Shown here: positions 28,801 to 39,226 of the stretch, in pieces
How the letters are laid out: each line of letters opens with the position of its first letter
Position numbering within the stretch: the stretch's first letter is position 1
NCBI GenBank assembly: GCA_051362555.1
Contig: CM120641.1
Location: 124,001 to 188,000 of the forward strand
Direction of reading: 5' to 3'
Source of the DNA: Lingula anatina
Taxonomy: Eukaryota > Animalia > Brachiopoda
Length of the DNA stretch: 64,000 nucleotides
The notes under the pieces: model-generated
Told to the model about the DNA's origin: nothing
Databases searched by the model: none
The model's input: only the letters and a program-made list of their open reading frames with translations
Program-made: the position numbers and the translations under genes

Positions 28801-30397
28801 ATTCATTTATATTCTAAAGAGGTTTATGAATAAAACTTTGCTGAACAACTAAAATTGGCTGCTTTTGATTTTCATTAATCATTTATATTCTAAAGAGGTT
28901 TGTAAATAAGAACTTTGCCAAACAAACTCAAAATTTGCTCCTTTTGATTTTTGTTGATCACCATTTCGGCATACTTAAGCACTTTGGCATGACACATGAA
29001 TGCTGGGGATAAAATCCTCCTTTGTCGAGTACAATCATTTTTTATCGAGCAATCATAAGATACTAGTATCTTTCAAAAGGTAGGGAGATAATTCGCAAGT
29101 CAGGAGTTTTAAATGCACCAGTGAAACTGTTTTAGTTATTTTTCATCTATTCTGCTGGGTTTACATCTCATAATGAAGTCATTGGACAGTTAAAGCTATA
29201 ATTCTTTTTGTTTTTCGGTTATCAACCTCCAATTTTTCATTTTTTGAATGTGGCCAGAATGTAAACATCAAGCATAACCAAATTTCTTACACATTAAAGA
29301 ACGCTTTCATATTTTGGCAAAATATTCCACCCAAAATTCAACAGTTCAAAGGCCGCTCTTTTATAGATACATATCTTTGATATGTTTTGCAAATATTTAC
29401 AAAGAAACTGATACCGTGTCTACTACTGCATGCGACACAAAAATAAAAAGTATAACAAAGGTTGAAAGATCGATAAGAATCTATCAAATGTAAGATTTTG
29501 GAAAGTACCGAGAAATTATTATTTTATGTTTACCTAGACATCTCACCATTGGTATTTTGGACAAAAAACAACTGTTTCATTTATTTCTCCCTTAATCCAT
29601 TTTTGTGACGACAATTTCAAAAAGGTCAGCAGTCCAACGATACACACACTTATGCGCGAGCGCACAAAAGCATAGTGGCGCTTCTGTATCCATCCCCAGA
29701 TATATGTTCTTAAAATTTATGGTGTCTTCTCGTGTTGAAAAGAAAATTATACATAATCAAATTATTTCCTATATGACGTAGTTTTCAAGACAAAAGCTTA
29801 CACTTACAGTCAGCGGTAACGCACACAGCATCCTTTTCAAACAAAGACGTAGCTCGGTTGCCATACATCTGTTAAAAAATGTTTTAGCAATTGTCAAGTA
29901 TATAAAATAAAAGTATGGCATCTTCATCATGAAATATTATATCTAAATGAATATGCACTTTGATACGATGCATATGTTTCATGAATTATTTTAACAAAAG
30001 ATTTTAAACCACTGCAACAATTTCTATTACCTCACTTAATTATTTTATTCACTGACTTAAAGCCAGATTTATCTTCATCCTTTCCTGTAACATGTTACAT
30101 GGTTAACCTCCGATATTAGATCTGTACGACGGTATCGCCAGTAAAACAATTTTGCAAATCAAAATCTTTTCAATGACCATTTTAAACGATGTATTAATAA
30201 CTTTGTATATGATCAATGATATCTGAAATATTAAATTAGTTAAATCCAGTAGTATACAGTACCTGATACCAACGTCCTAAATATTTTCCTACTTCTACCT
30301 CCACGGTTGGCAGCGGCTTTTTGAATATGCCAGCAAGGAGGGCATTACTGCAACCAAGAACAGAGATGAGTGCGATAGACATTGTAAAAAGAATCAT
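22874..30397 (-). CDS. Apolipoprotein D-like lipocalin; exons 30263-30397, 29808-29868, 23606-23761, 22874-23115
   Basis: Signal peptide, lipocalin SCR1 KYLGRWYQ, CVTADY, YWIVKLGP..YEYAVV, LFVLARDP, C-terminal Cys; TATA (ctataaaa) at ~30481-30488; exon sizes 135/61/156 match the + strand paralog. Confidence 0.9.
25962..28421 (+). pseudogene. PPPDE-like family copy D with premature stop; exons 25962-25979, 26238-26325, 28048-28421; nested antisense in ApoD-like intron 2
   Basis: GAG-TAA-GGG at 28209-28211 where copy C has GAG-TTA-GGG; first donor weakened (gttccg); reading frame otherwise intact. Confidence 0.75.
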
Positions 30398-31949
30398 CTT
30401 TCTGCCGTTAATGCTTTCTTCTCCCTTCTGTAGAGCAACGTATGAGAGTGTGGAGTTGTGTTCCCTGTACACTGCCGCTGTTTTATAGCCAGACCAAGAC
30501 ACTCCCAGTGGTGACATGACCGGTCAAAGTCAAGGCCATAGAATACAGTTACGTCATATTTCTTGGTTTCTGTCCTAGGTTTTGATATTGGCATATGGTG
30601 GCAAGTCGTGGTTTCTCAATTATCCAAATTTTGGGGAAATAAGGAATAAGAAAATATTGGCATTTCTGAAATGTACCACTGTGTTTGGTAACCATTCGAA
30701 GCAGCGGGCATATAGTTTTGTAGAATATCTTTGTAAAATATACTCACGGAAATAAGGCCATAAACAGAACCTCCCACCTTTTTACCTTTACAAGCCTTAA
30801 TTTGTAATTAATTTTCTAATTAAAAATCTTATGTAAGGAATGAAAACAAAAACTTTGTTTCACAATTGCTCTTTGGTCATAAAAACCTAATAATATTAAT
30901 TTTTTATCTCAATTTTTTAATTAAGGAAGACAAAATGTACTTTTCCTTTATACTTAAATAGTGTGCACTGTCAAATTCCACTTTGTTAAGTTTTAAACAT
31001 TTTTGTTCCTTCCTAGAAACTTTAAACAAACATTACACAGAAATGGGTTCCGTGGAGCCTTATACACTAAATATGGAATTCATTTTCAGTGTCTATTGAT
31101 GAGTATTTCAAAAGTACAGAGTTAAAAGATAACGCTTTAATAGAAAACTTATAACCTGGTTTTATAATAAACCTTAAATGCCGTGAAGGATGAAATACAT
31201 TAACAAAATTATTATGAATTTAATTTTCTCTGTAAGACCTTATTGCCAGCCCCACCGTCAAAAGTGAACACTGTTAACAGGCGGTTCACCGTCATGTCGG
31301 CGTTACCTATCAGAATTAACAGCTGTGTCTATATAGCACGTGGACTTCCACGTTACGTATGGTCAAGCACGTTGTCCACAACGTGTATCATCGGTACAGT
31401 GTCCACGTCTTGTGCAACGTGCACCGTGGTTGCCATGGAAACATCACATCTTGAAATCATTTGATTATCTTTTATATCACATTTTCTCTAGGTAAATTTT
31501 ATGTTTTATTTCATTTTTCGAAATCTACCTCCGATATTTGTAACGAAATATTTAATTAATATTTAGTCTAAATTTTACTTTGATCGTTGCTTTATGATTT
31601 TAATCTTTAAAATAAAGGTTTTAGAGGAGGTGCTTTATACGCTGCGCGGAAGCTTTTCTAAACTTTAATACAGTATAAAATCAATTTGAAGTATTTCAAT
31701 CCAATAAACTGCTGTTTCCCTGCTGTCACGTCGCTGGTCAGTTCCAGATGTCCCAATCCCCACTGACGGCTAATCCCGTGTGGAGGAGCCAGCTGTCAGG
31801 ACCACATGGTTGTCCACGTGCTGTGACCTGCCACACCCTCGGGATAGTTATAAAACCAAGTTTATGTAAAGAGGAGCCTATATAAACCGGCACTGGCACC
31901 ATCATAGAGCACAAACCGAGCCAGCAACAGACTCATCTTCGTCTTCATC

Positions 31950-33574
31950 ATGCAGATTCTCAACGTTCTCCTCGCTCTGGCCTTGGTGGCCTCCAGCAGC
32001 GCGTTCTTGGCGGGCCTTTTTAAGGAGTCCATCGCCACTGTTTCTCAGATTGATGTGAACAAATATACTGGAAGATGGTATCAGGTAAGCTATGCAGTTC
32101 ACACCGAGATTGTTCAGAAGATTGTCCAGGTACAGATAAAAGATATAACTGTCATTTTCTTGATACGTTAACGTTTAGCTGAAAATATCCTAGTAATTTT
32201 CTTCACTTTTATTTTGCTTTACTTATTTCTGATAACACATTATGAAGGGAAGCTTTAATGTTCGATTTTTGTTTAAAACTTTCGTCGGAGATGGGAGGGA
32301 GGAACAGAATGACATGAATCAAAATCTAACAAACCTTTCGTTACCCGGGATTCCAGGTATACTTGAGCCGCTGGAGCTCCATCTTCGCTCCCAAAGGCTA
32401 CTGTGTGACAGCCACGTGTAAGTTGACCACAGCCCTATTGTCCTCATATCTGTGACCATTTCGAATACCACATTTTATAAACACACTTCTGCCACTCGTC
32501 TTTGCTTAGAATGACCAAGTGACATGTTTTAGGCAAATGTAAGAGTGAAATAACCATTTCAACTGAGAACACGTCAAATGCCAGTCAGATAATGATTTAT
32601 GTAAATGATTTAAATCTACTTTCAAATCCATGTTATTGAAACCCCGAAATTTAGTGCAAGCTTGGGTGCATCATAAAACTATCTGCAAACGGAAGTCATA
32701 TATTGGTATTTTTGTCCACAGACGGCAAATTCAACGACACCACCATCACCGTGTTTAACTCGGGGAGGAAAGGAGGGCCAACTGGCGAAGAACAGGCCAT
32801 CAGAGGACACGCTTACGCCACAGAGGAGTCCGGCAAGTTCAAGCTGAATTTGGCTGGGGTGCCCTTCACTGGAAACTGTAAGTCAAAGCCTGAACATAGG
32901 CCATAGATCATTTGAATACCCTTTATTACCTTGCAACAATTTTCATGTTTTTTCATTAAATAAAGTTGTTTAAAGCTTTCGTTCTTAGTGTTATTTTTGT
33001 TGGTTTTCTGAATAGTTCATTTACCTTGCTTTTCAGAATTATTGATCATGAGGTTTATAGCCATGTCCAAATTTAGAGAATTCAGCATTTTTCGTTACGG
33101 TACTTGTTGACCCTTGCAATCATTATTCATGCCCCCCCCCCCATAAAAAGGTAATTTTGCTTTAAGAAGATACATGTATTACAGCTGTTCCAATATCTCC
33201 AATAACCATCTTACATTTGTAAATTATTTTCAGTGTTAAGCACCATCTTATCATATCATATAATATCGGTACTAAGCATCATCTTATCATATCATATCTC
33301 TGTCTCGGTGTTAAAATGAATGTATTTGACATGTGTTCTAGACTGGGTCATCAAGTTGGGACCGGTCATCAATGGTCAGTACCAGTATTCTGTGGTCAGT
33401 GACACTAACAGACTCGGGCTGTATGTCCTCGCTAGAGACCCAGAGACATTCAAGAAGTACGACGCCGAGGTGAAGGAGTTTCTTAATAAGAACCATTACA
33501 ACGAGTGGCTGAACGAGCCATTGCCTTCCTACCACGACAAGGACTGCATCTACCCTCCCATGCCTACTAATTGA
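31950..33574 (+). CDS. Apolipoprotein D-like lipocalin; exons 31950-32084, 32357-32417, 32722-32877, 33342-33574
   Basis: Signal peptide, DVNKYTGRWYQ, YCVTATY, YWVIKLGP..YQYSVVSD..LYVLARDP..DCIY; TATATAAA at ~31879; AATAAA at ~33633. Confidence 0.93.
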
Positions 33575-34286
33575 CTCAGAACTTTTTAAACTTATTTTTG
33601 TGACTTGTTGTGTTTTGTCTGTTATTTTGTGCAATAAATTTCATTTATTTAACATATGTATTGTTATTGTGTATACTGTCAGCAGGGCAACACACAGTAT
33701 GGAGTCTGCCTTGTTCTTACCACCCGCTCAAAGTGTAAAAAGTTAATCTTGTTTTAATTGAACCCTTGTCGTAATTGCGTATCTCACGATTAGCTTGTCC
33801 GGAATTGTAACATTTATTTGATCCCAATCTAAGAACAAAGCAAAATAATTTGTTACGCTGTTAGAGCCCTGGCCTTTGAGAACCTTAACTGTGAGGCTGA
33901 CCTAATTAGTTGCTGCTTTGGGGGAGCTCTTCAAAAATCAGAAAAAGGTAACTACAAATGTAGAATTCACACAAGGAATTTATTGCTAACAGTTTGACAA
34001 ACATCCCAGGGATCTACAGGAAAAAAAGTAGACTTTTTCTCATCAAATTAGACAGAAAATTTGACTCTCATTTCTTGGACAGAATATTCCTTTGTTTGAA
34101 ACTACTCACAATATGGCTGCCGCTATGGCCCTGTAACAGAAATAGGATACTTCCTCCACTCGGCTACATAAATCTCCAAAACAGTGTTGGAATCCTTACT
34201 TATTTCAACGAAGACTGCTACATCCTGCTGTACATCAAACTTCTGTGATAAACTTTTTGGAAGTTTTAGAAGAAAACTCACTAAAC

Positions 34287-36014
34287 ATGGCACTGTCCAG
34301 ACCAAAAAGGTCTGTAAAAACTGTGAAGAATCCTGACTTTCTATATGACTCTGAGCTATCACCACTAAAATCTCCCTCACAAAATAGTCAAGACACAGCA
34401 AAGGAAATGTTTCTAAACCCTGAGAAGCTGTACTTTGATCATCAAACAAGGTTCCAAGCAGGGATAGAAGAAAAGGTCATTTGCAATGCTAAATTTCACT
34501 CAAAAAGACTGCACGACTGGAAAACGACATCAAAAGAGTACTTTCAAAGGAAATATGAAAACATGGAACTCTCATCTCCACCAATTCTTCAGGAGACAGA
34601 TGGAGGTTTTCACCTGAAAATGACCACAAGAGATGATGATGGAGTTGACAGTACATATGCCGTCATGAGTTTCTATGTCAGCAGGGGCATAATTGTTATA
34701 AATGGAGCTCAATGTATGAACTGGGTCTCAAATGATTTTCCACGCCTGAGACTACTTATGGAAGAAGAGGCTAAACAAACCAGAAAAAAGAGCATGACAG
34801 CAGATGCAGATAACCCCTGTATTCCCACCTGTAGTATTCCTTTTGAAACACCGGTGAGAAGCGATGAAACTACGACCTCTGAGACTGAGCTTTCATTTCA
34901 TACCAAATCTGAAACTGACCAGCTTCTTCAAGACCTGGATGACTTTGATGACATTAAGTACAATGAAATAGAAAATGTCACCCTGGTTACAAACAGTCCC
35001 CATTTGGCAGTAAGGAAAATAAATGAAAATAGCCAGCAAAGGGAAGAAATAAAACGGTTGAATCTACTGCTTGCAAAACTACAAGAAGAAAGGGAGGCTG
35101 AAACATTAAAATTGCAAAAGGAAAATGAGACACTCCACAAACGAATCCATGAAATGCAGAGCAAACTGGATACAGTAACTGAAGAAAGGGACATCTTCCG
35201 CGCTAGAATTGAAAGCATGGAGACTGAAGTCGAGAATGAAACATGGAAAAAGAGTGAAATAGAAAACCTACAGACTGCTATAGATAACAGGGGAATGGTT
35301 CCCATACAGACCTCCAACAGATTTGCCCCCCTCCAACACCAGCAAATGACCTGGAGCTCAATTGCACGTGGAAACCGTCAGCAGCCACAGCAGCCACAAG
35401 CCCCTGAACAAGCCCCTGGACCAACCCCACCACAAGGAGCACCCAGCAATGTAAGGACACACTCAAAAATGTTAATTATAGGAGACTCAATGATGCGCAA
35501 TGTAAGCAACAAAATTCAGGCAGAAAATACTCAGATCCATGCCACAACATATCTCCACTCAGGTGCTACCTTAGAAAAAATTACAAACAGAGTATCTAAA
35601 TACAAAAAAACCAACGAAATACCGGATCATGTTGTCCTCCATGCAGGAACAAACAATATTGAATTGGACAATATTCAATACATGGTGAACCAAACTTCAA
35701 ACCTTATACAGGTAACAAAAGAAAAGTATCCTCAATCTCAAATTATTGTCTCTGGAATGTTCCAGAGGGATGACAAGCCCCACCTAAACGGAAAAATCTC
35801 TATCATCAACAACATTACCAAAAGCAAATGTGAGGAGGAAGGCATACTATTCATTAACAATACTACCTGGCCACGAACCCGGATTACAAACTATGGTGGC
35901 CTTCATTTATCTCGACATGGAGAAACACAATTTGTAAAGCATCTGATTACCTCACTGCGTACCCAAGGAAAACACCAAAATTTTCACACAGCTCAGCAGA
36001 GGAGAATTCCATAG
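34287..36014 (+). CDS. LINE ORF1: coiled coil plus SGNH/GDSL esterase-like domain
   Basis: Heptad-rich EEIKRLNLLLAKLQEE.., SNRFAPL, IIGDSMMR, VVLHAGTNNI, GLHLS. Confidence 0.88.
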   Translation: MALSRPKRSVKTVKNPDFLYDSELSPLKSPSQNSQDTAKEMFLNPEKLYFDHQTRFQAGIEEKVICNAKFHSKRLHDWKTTSKEYFQRKYENMELSSPPILQETDGGFHLKMTTRDDDGVDSTYAVMSFYVSRGIIVINGAQCMNWVSNDFPRLRLLMEEEAKQTRKKSMTADADNPCIPTCSIPFETPVRSDETTTSETELSFHTKSETDQLLQDLDDFDDIKYNEIENVTLVTNSPHLAVRKINENSQQREEIKRLNLLLAKLQEEREAETLKLQKENETLHKRIHEMQSKLDTVTEERDIFRARIESMETEVENETWKKSEIENLQTAIDNRGMVPIQTSNRFAPLQHQQMTWSSIARGNRQQPQQPQAPEQAPGPTPPQGAPSNVRTHSKMLIIGDSMMRNVSNKIQAENTQIHATTYLHSGATLEKITNRVSKYKKTNEIPDHVVLHAGTNNIELDNIQYMVNQTSNLIQVTKEKYPQSQIIVSGMFQRDDKPHLNGKISIINNITKSKCEEEGILFINNTTWPRTRITNYGGLHLSRHGETQFVKHLITSLRTQGKHQNFHTAQQRRIP

Positions 36015-36022
36015 CCCCATGT

Positions 36023-39013
36023 ATGTCTCATAAATCTCATGAAAAACAGTTATCTGGAGCGCCCAAGGATAGAGACTCTCACGAAGAAACAAACTCACCT
36101 TTCGAAGAAATAATCAAAATAAGGAAGAAACACTCCCAAAATTTTCTCATATGTCATATAAACATAAATAGCCTACAACACAAATTCTGGGACCTCAGAG
36201 ACATATTACAAAGAAATGTGATTGACTGTCTAATAGTCAGTGAAACAAAACTTGATTCATCCTTCCCAGACTCTCAGTTTAAAGTGGAAAACTATAACAT
36301 GTTCAGAAAGGACAGAAATGCAAATGGAGGTGGACTAATGGTTTATGTACGGTCATCCATTCCAACTCAAAGAGCAACAAATCTAGAATCGAACACCGTG
36401 GAACTTATACCTTTAACTGTAAACCTGAAAAATAGCAAATGGTGCTTCCTTGCCACTTATAGACCTCCAAACTCAAATGTTGACTTTTTTCTCCAAATTC
36501 TGGGAAAAACTATTGACATGGCTTTATGCAAATATGAAAACATTGAAGTTATTGGTGACCTAAACTGTAATTTAAACACTGAATGTGGAAATGGGAGATT
36601 GCTAAAAGAGTTTTGTGACGTATATGACTTACAAAATATCATCAAGGTACCCACTTGTTACAAGTCAGCAAATCCAACTTTGATAGATGTTATCCTCAGT
36701 AATCAGCCAAACAAACATCTAAAATCAGGAGCCTTCGACTGTGGCCTTAGTGATTTCCACCATATGATATATTCAGTTCTCCGGTCTCATGCACCGAAAG
36801 AGCAAGTACGAACTATTAAATATAGAAGCTATAAAAACTTTGATGCCAGTCATTTCCAAAGAGATCTTGAAAATGCTCCTTTTGAGCTGGGCGAAATCTT
36901 TGATGACGCTGAGGATGCTTTCAACACTTTCAACAACCTCTTTAGTGACATAGTAGATAAACACTTGCCAATGAAAACCAAAAGGATCAAAAGGAGAAAT
37001 GCTCCCTTTATGAACAGTGAATACAGAAAATGTGTCAGTAGAAAACAACAGCTAAGAAATAGGTTTTATAAAAGTAGAACATCACAAAATTGGGAGGACT
37101 TCAGACAAATGCGAAACAAATGTGCAAAACTCCGGAGGAACAGTATTAAAAACTATTTTATGGAGAGATGTACAGGAGGTGCAAAAAACCCAAATTTCTG
37201 GAAAACAATTAAACCGTTTGTGAGCAAAAAATCAAACTCTGGCTGCAATGACATTGTTCTCATAGAAAATGACACAGTAGTAAATTCACGGACAGAGATT
37301 GCCAGCATATTCAATAATCACTTTACTAATGTAGCCTCCCACATTGGGAGAAACAGCTCCTCGGATCCAGTGGAAATCAGCCATTATGAGAATCACTCCA
37401 GTATTCGCTACATAAAAGAAAATCAGGCTGAAGAAAAAGATTTTCATTTCATGCCCGTGTCGGAACAAAATGTCTACAATCGATTGACTAAAATTGATAC
37501 AAAGAAAAGCACAGGACACGACAACATTTCTCCAAAAATTGTGAAAATAGCAGCTGCCTCAATTGCGGGTCCCCTTACCAAATGTATCAATAGAGGCATG
37601 ACAGAAAACTGCTTCTTTTCTGACCTGAAAAAGGCCGATGTTACACCCATCCATAAGAAAAAGGACACTTCTGACAAGGAAAATTATAGGCCAGTAAGTG
37701 TGCTCCCAGTATTTTCAAAAATATATGAAGGGATTATGGCAGAACAACTGAACTCTTTTTTCTCAGACATTTTTTCTCCGTACCTTTCGGCATTCAGGCA
37801 TGGACATAGCTGCCAGACACTCTTGATCAAGATGGTAGAGGACTGGAAACAAAGTTTAGACAAAAACAAATATGTTGGCGCAGTTCTAATGGACCTATCG
37901 AAGGCATTTGACAGTATACCACACACTTTACTACTTGCCAAATTAGAGGCATATGGTCTCGACAAAAATGCCTTAGACTTAATGCACAGCTACTTGAGTA
38001 AAAGAAAACAGCGAGTGAAAGTCGGCGATACTCTAAGCTGTTGGGAAAATCTACATAAAGGTGTTCCTCAAGGTTCCATCATTGGTCCCCTGCTGTTCAA
38101 CATTTTCATAAATGACATCTTTCATTCTATTGAAAATTGTAACCTCTACAACTACGCAGATGATAACACCTTAAGTGCTGCACACCCAGACTTTGATACC
38201 TTAAAAAGGGAGCTCGAATATGATGCACAAAATGCTATAAACTGGTTCTCTTTAAACGAGATGGAAGCTAACCCTGAAAAATTCCAAGCTATTTTTATTG
38301 GCAAAACAGGAGTCAACCATAGTGATGAGCAATTATCTTTCAATGGAAAATTGGTGAAACCAGAACCTTGGGTCAAGCTCCTTGGGGTTTACTTTGACTC
38401 AAGACTGACTTTCAACAAACACATTTCAGAATTATGTTCAAAAACAGCATGTCAATTAAACACACTGAAAAGGCTTTCAGCTCATCTAGATGTCCCAAGT
38501 CGGCTTGCCATTTTCAGGCACTTTACATTATCAAACTTTAATTATTGTCCGTTAGTGTGGCACTTTTGTGGTGAGGGAAATATGAAAAAATTAGAAAAGA
38601 TACAGGAAAGGGGTCTAAGATTTGTCTACGACAACCACACAAGCAGTTACGACGAGCTTTTAAATATGTCAGGCCTCAGCACTCTGCACTTGAACAGGCT
38701 ACGTATGCTTGCACTTGAGGTTTACAAAGCAATACATGGACTTGCACCTTCCTACATCTCCGACCTTTTCCAAGAAAGAACAACAAGTTACAACCTTAGA
38801 GGAGAAAAGACTCTAAATATTCCCAGATTTAACACAGTGACATATGGCAAAAAATCCTTATCATATCTTGGGCCAAAAATATGGAATGATCTCTCAAATG
38901 ACTTAAAGCAAAGCATCAATTCAAATGAGTTTAAATCACTTTTAAGGCTTTGGGAAGGACCCAAATGCAGATGTAGCCTGTGTAACCTATATGCTTTTAG
39001 TGAAAATGTGTAA
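36023..39013 (+). CDS. LINE ORF2: AP endonuclease plus reverse transcriptase (996 aa)
   Basis: HININSL, SETKL, YRPP, GDLN, SDFH; RT motifs NYRPVS, DLSKAFD, GVPQGS.IGPLLF, YADD; C-terminal WEGPKCRCSLC. Confidence 0.97.
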   Translation: MSHKSHEKQLSGAPKDRDSHEETNSPFEEIIKIRKKHSQNFLICHININSLQHKFWDLRDILQRNVIDCLIVSETKLDSSFPDSQFKVENYNMFRKDRNANGGGLMVYVRSSIPTQRATNLESNTVELIPLTVNLKNSKWCFLATYRPPNSNVDFFLQILGKTIDMALCKYENIEVIGDLNCNLNTECGNGRLLKEFCDVYDLQNIIKVPTCYKSANPTLIDVILSNQPNKHLKSGAFDCGLSDFHHMIYSVLRSHAPKEQVRTIKYRSYKNFDASHFQRDLENAPFELGEIFDDAEDAFNTFNNLFSDIVDKHLPMKTKRIKRRNAPFMNSEYRKCVSRKQQLRNRFYKSRTSQNWEDFRQMRNKCAKLRRNSIKNYFMERCTGGAKNPNFWKTIKPFVSKKSNSGCNDIVLIENDTVVNSRTEIASIFNNHFTNVASHIGRNSSSDPVEISHYENHSSIRYIKENQAEEKDFHFMPVSEQNVYNRLTKIDTKKSTGHDNISPKIVKIAAASIAGPLTKCINRGMTENCFFSDLKKADVTPIHKKKDTSDKENYRPVSVLPVFSKIYEGIMAEQLNSFFSDIFSPYLSAFRHGHSCQTLLIKMVEDWKQSLDKNKYVGAVLMDLSKAFDSIPHTLLLAKLEAYGLDKNALDLMHSYLSKRKQRVKVGDTLSCWENLHKGVPQGSIIGPLLFNIFINDIFHSIENCNLYNYADDNTLSAAHPDFDTLKRELEYDAQNAINWFSLNEMEANPEKFQAIFIGKTGVNHSDEQLSFNGKLVKPEPWVKLLGVYFDSRLTFNKHISELCSKTACQLNTLKRLSAHLDVPSRLAIFRHFTLSNFNYCPLVWHFCGEGNMKKLEKIQERGLRFVYDNHTSSYDELLNMSGLSTLHLNRLRMLALEVYKAIHGLAPSYISDLFQERTTSYNLRGEKTLNIPRFNTVTYGKKSLSYLGPKIWNDLSNDLKQSINSNEFKSLLRLWEGPKCRCSLCNLYAFSENV

Positions 39014-39191
39014 TAATACGTCATGTTTACATTGTTTATATAACTGTATCATTGAGCATTGTATGTAAAATTGCCTGTTTTTCACAGTTGATTTAGGTAT
39101 AGCATTCTGCACATTTCCCATAAAAAAAACTTTTTTCTCTTTTTTCTAAATTGTTATCTTAATAGATTTCGTGTTTTTGTTTACTCTTTGT

Positions 39192-39226
<35 letters not shown>

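Larger units (their letters stand above)
7786..29750. repeat. Tandem segmental duplication: about three ~6.6-kb units plus an extra ~2.6-kb inserted copy
   Basis: Shared blocks start at ~7786, ~17740 and ~24375. Homology ends at gaaaagaaaattat (12826/15520/22118/29750). 12961-15500 is essentially identical to 19558-22100. Confidence 0.92.

Noticed and set aside
34928-39024. Antisense ORFs within the LINE
   Set aside because: Short shadow frames of the long sense ORFs, with no recognisable motifs.
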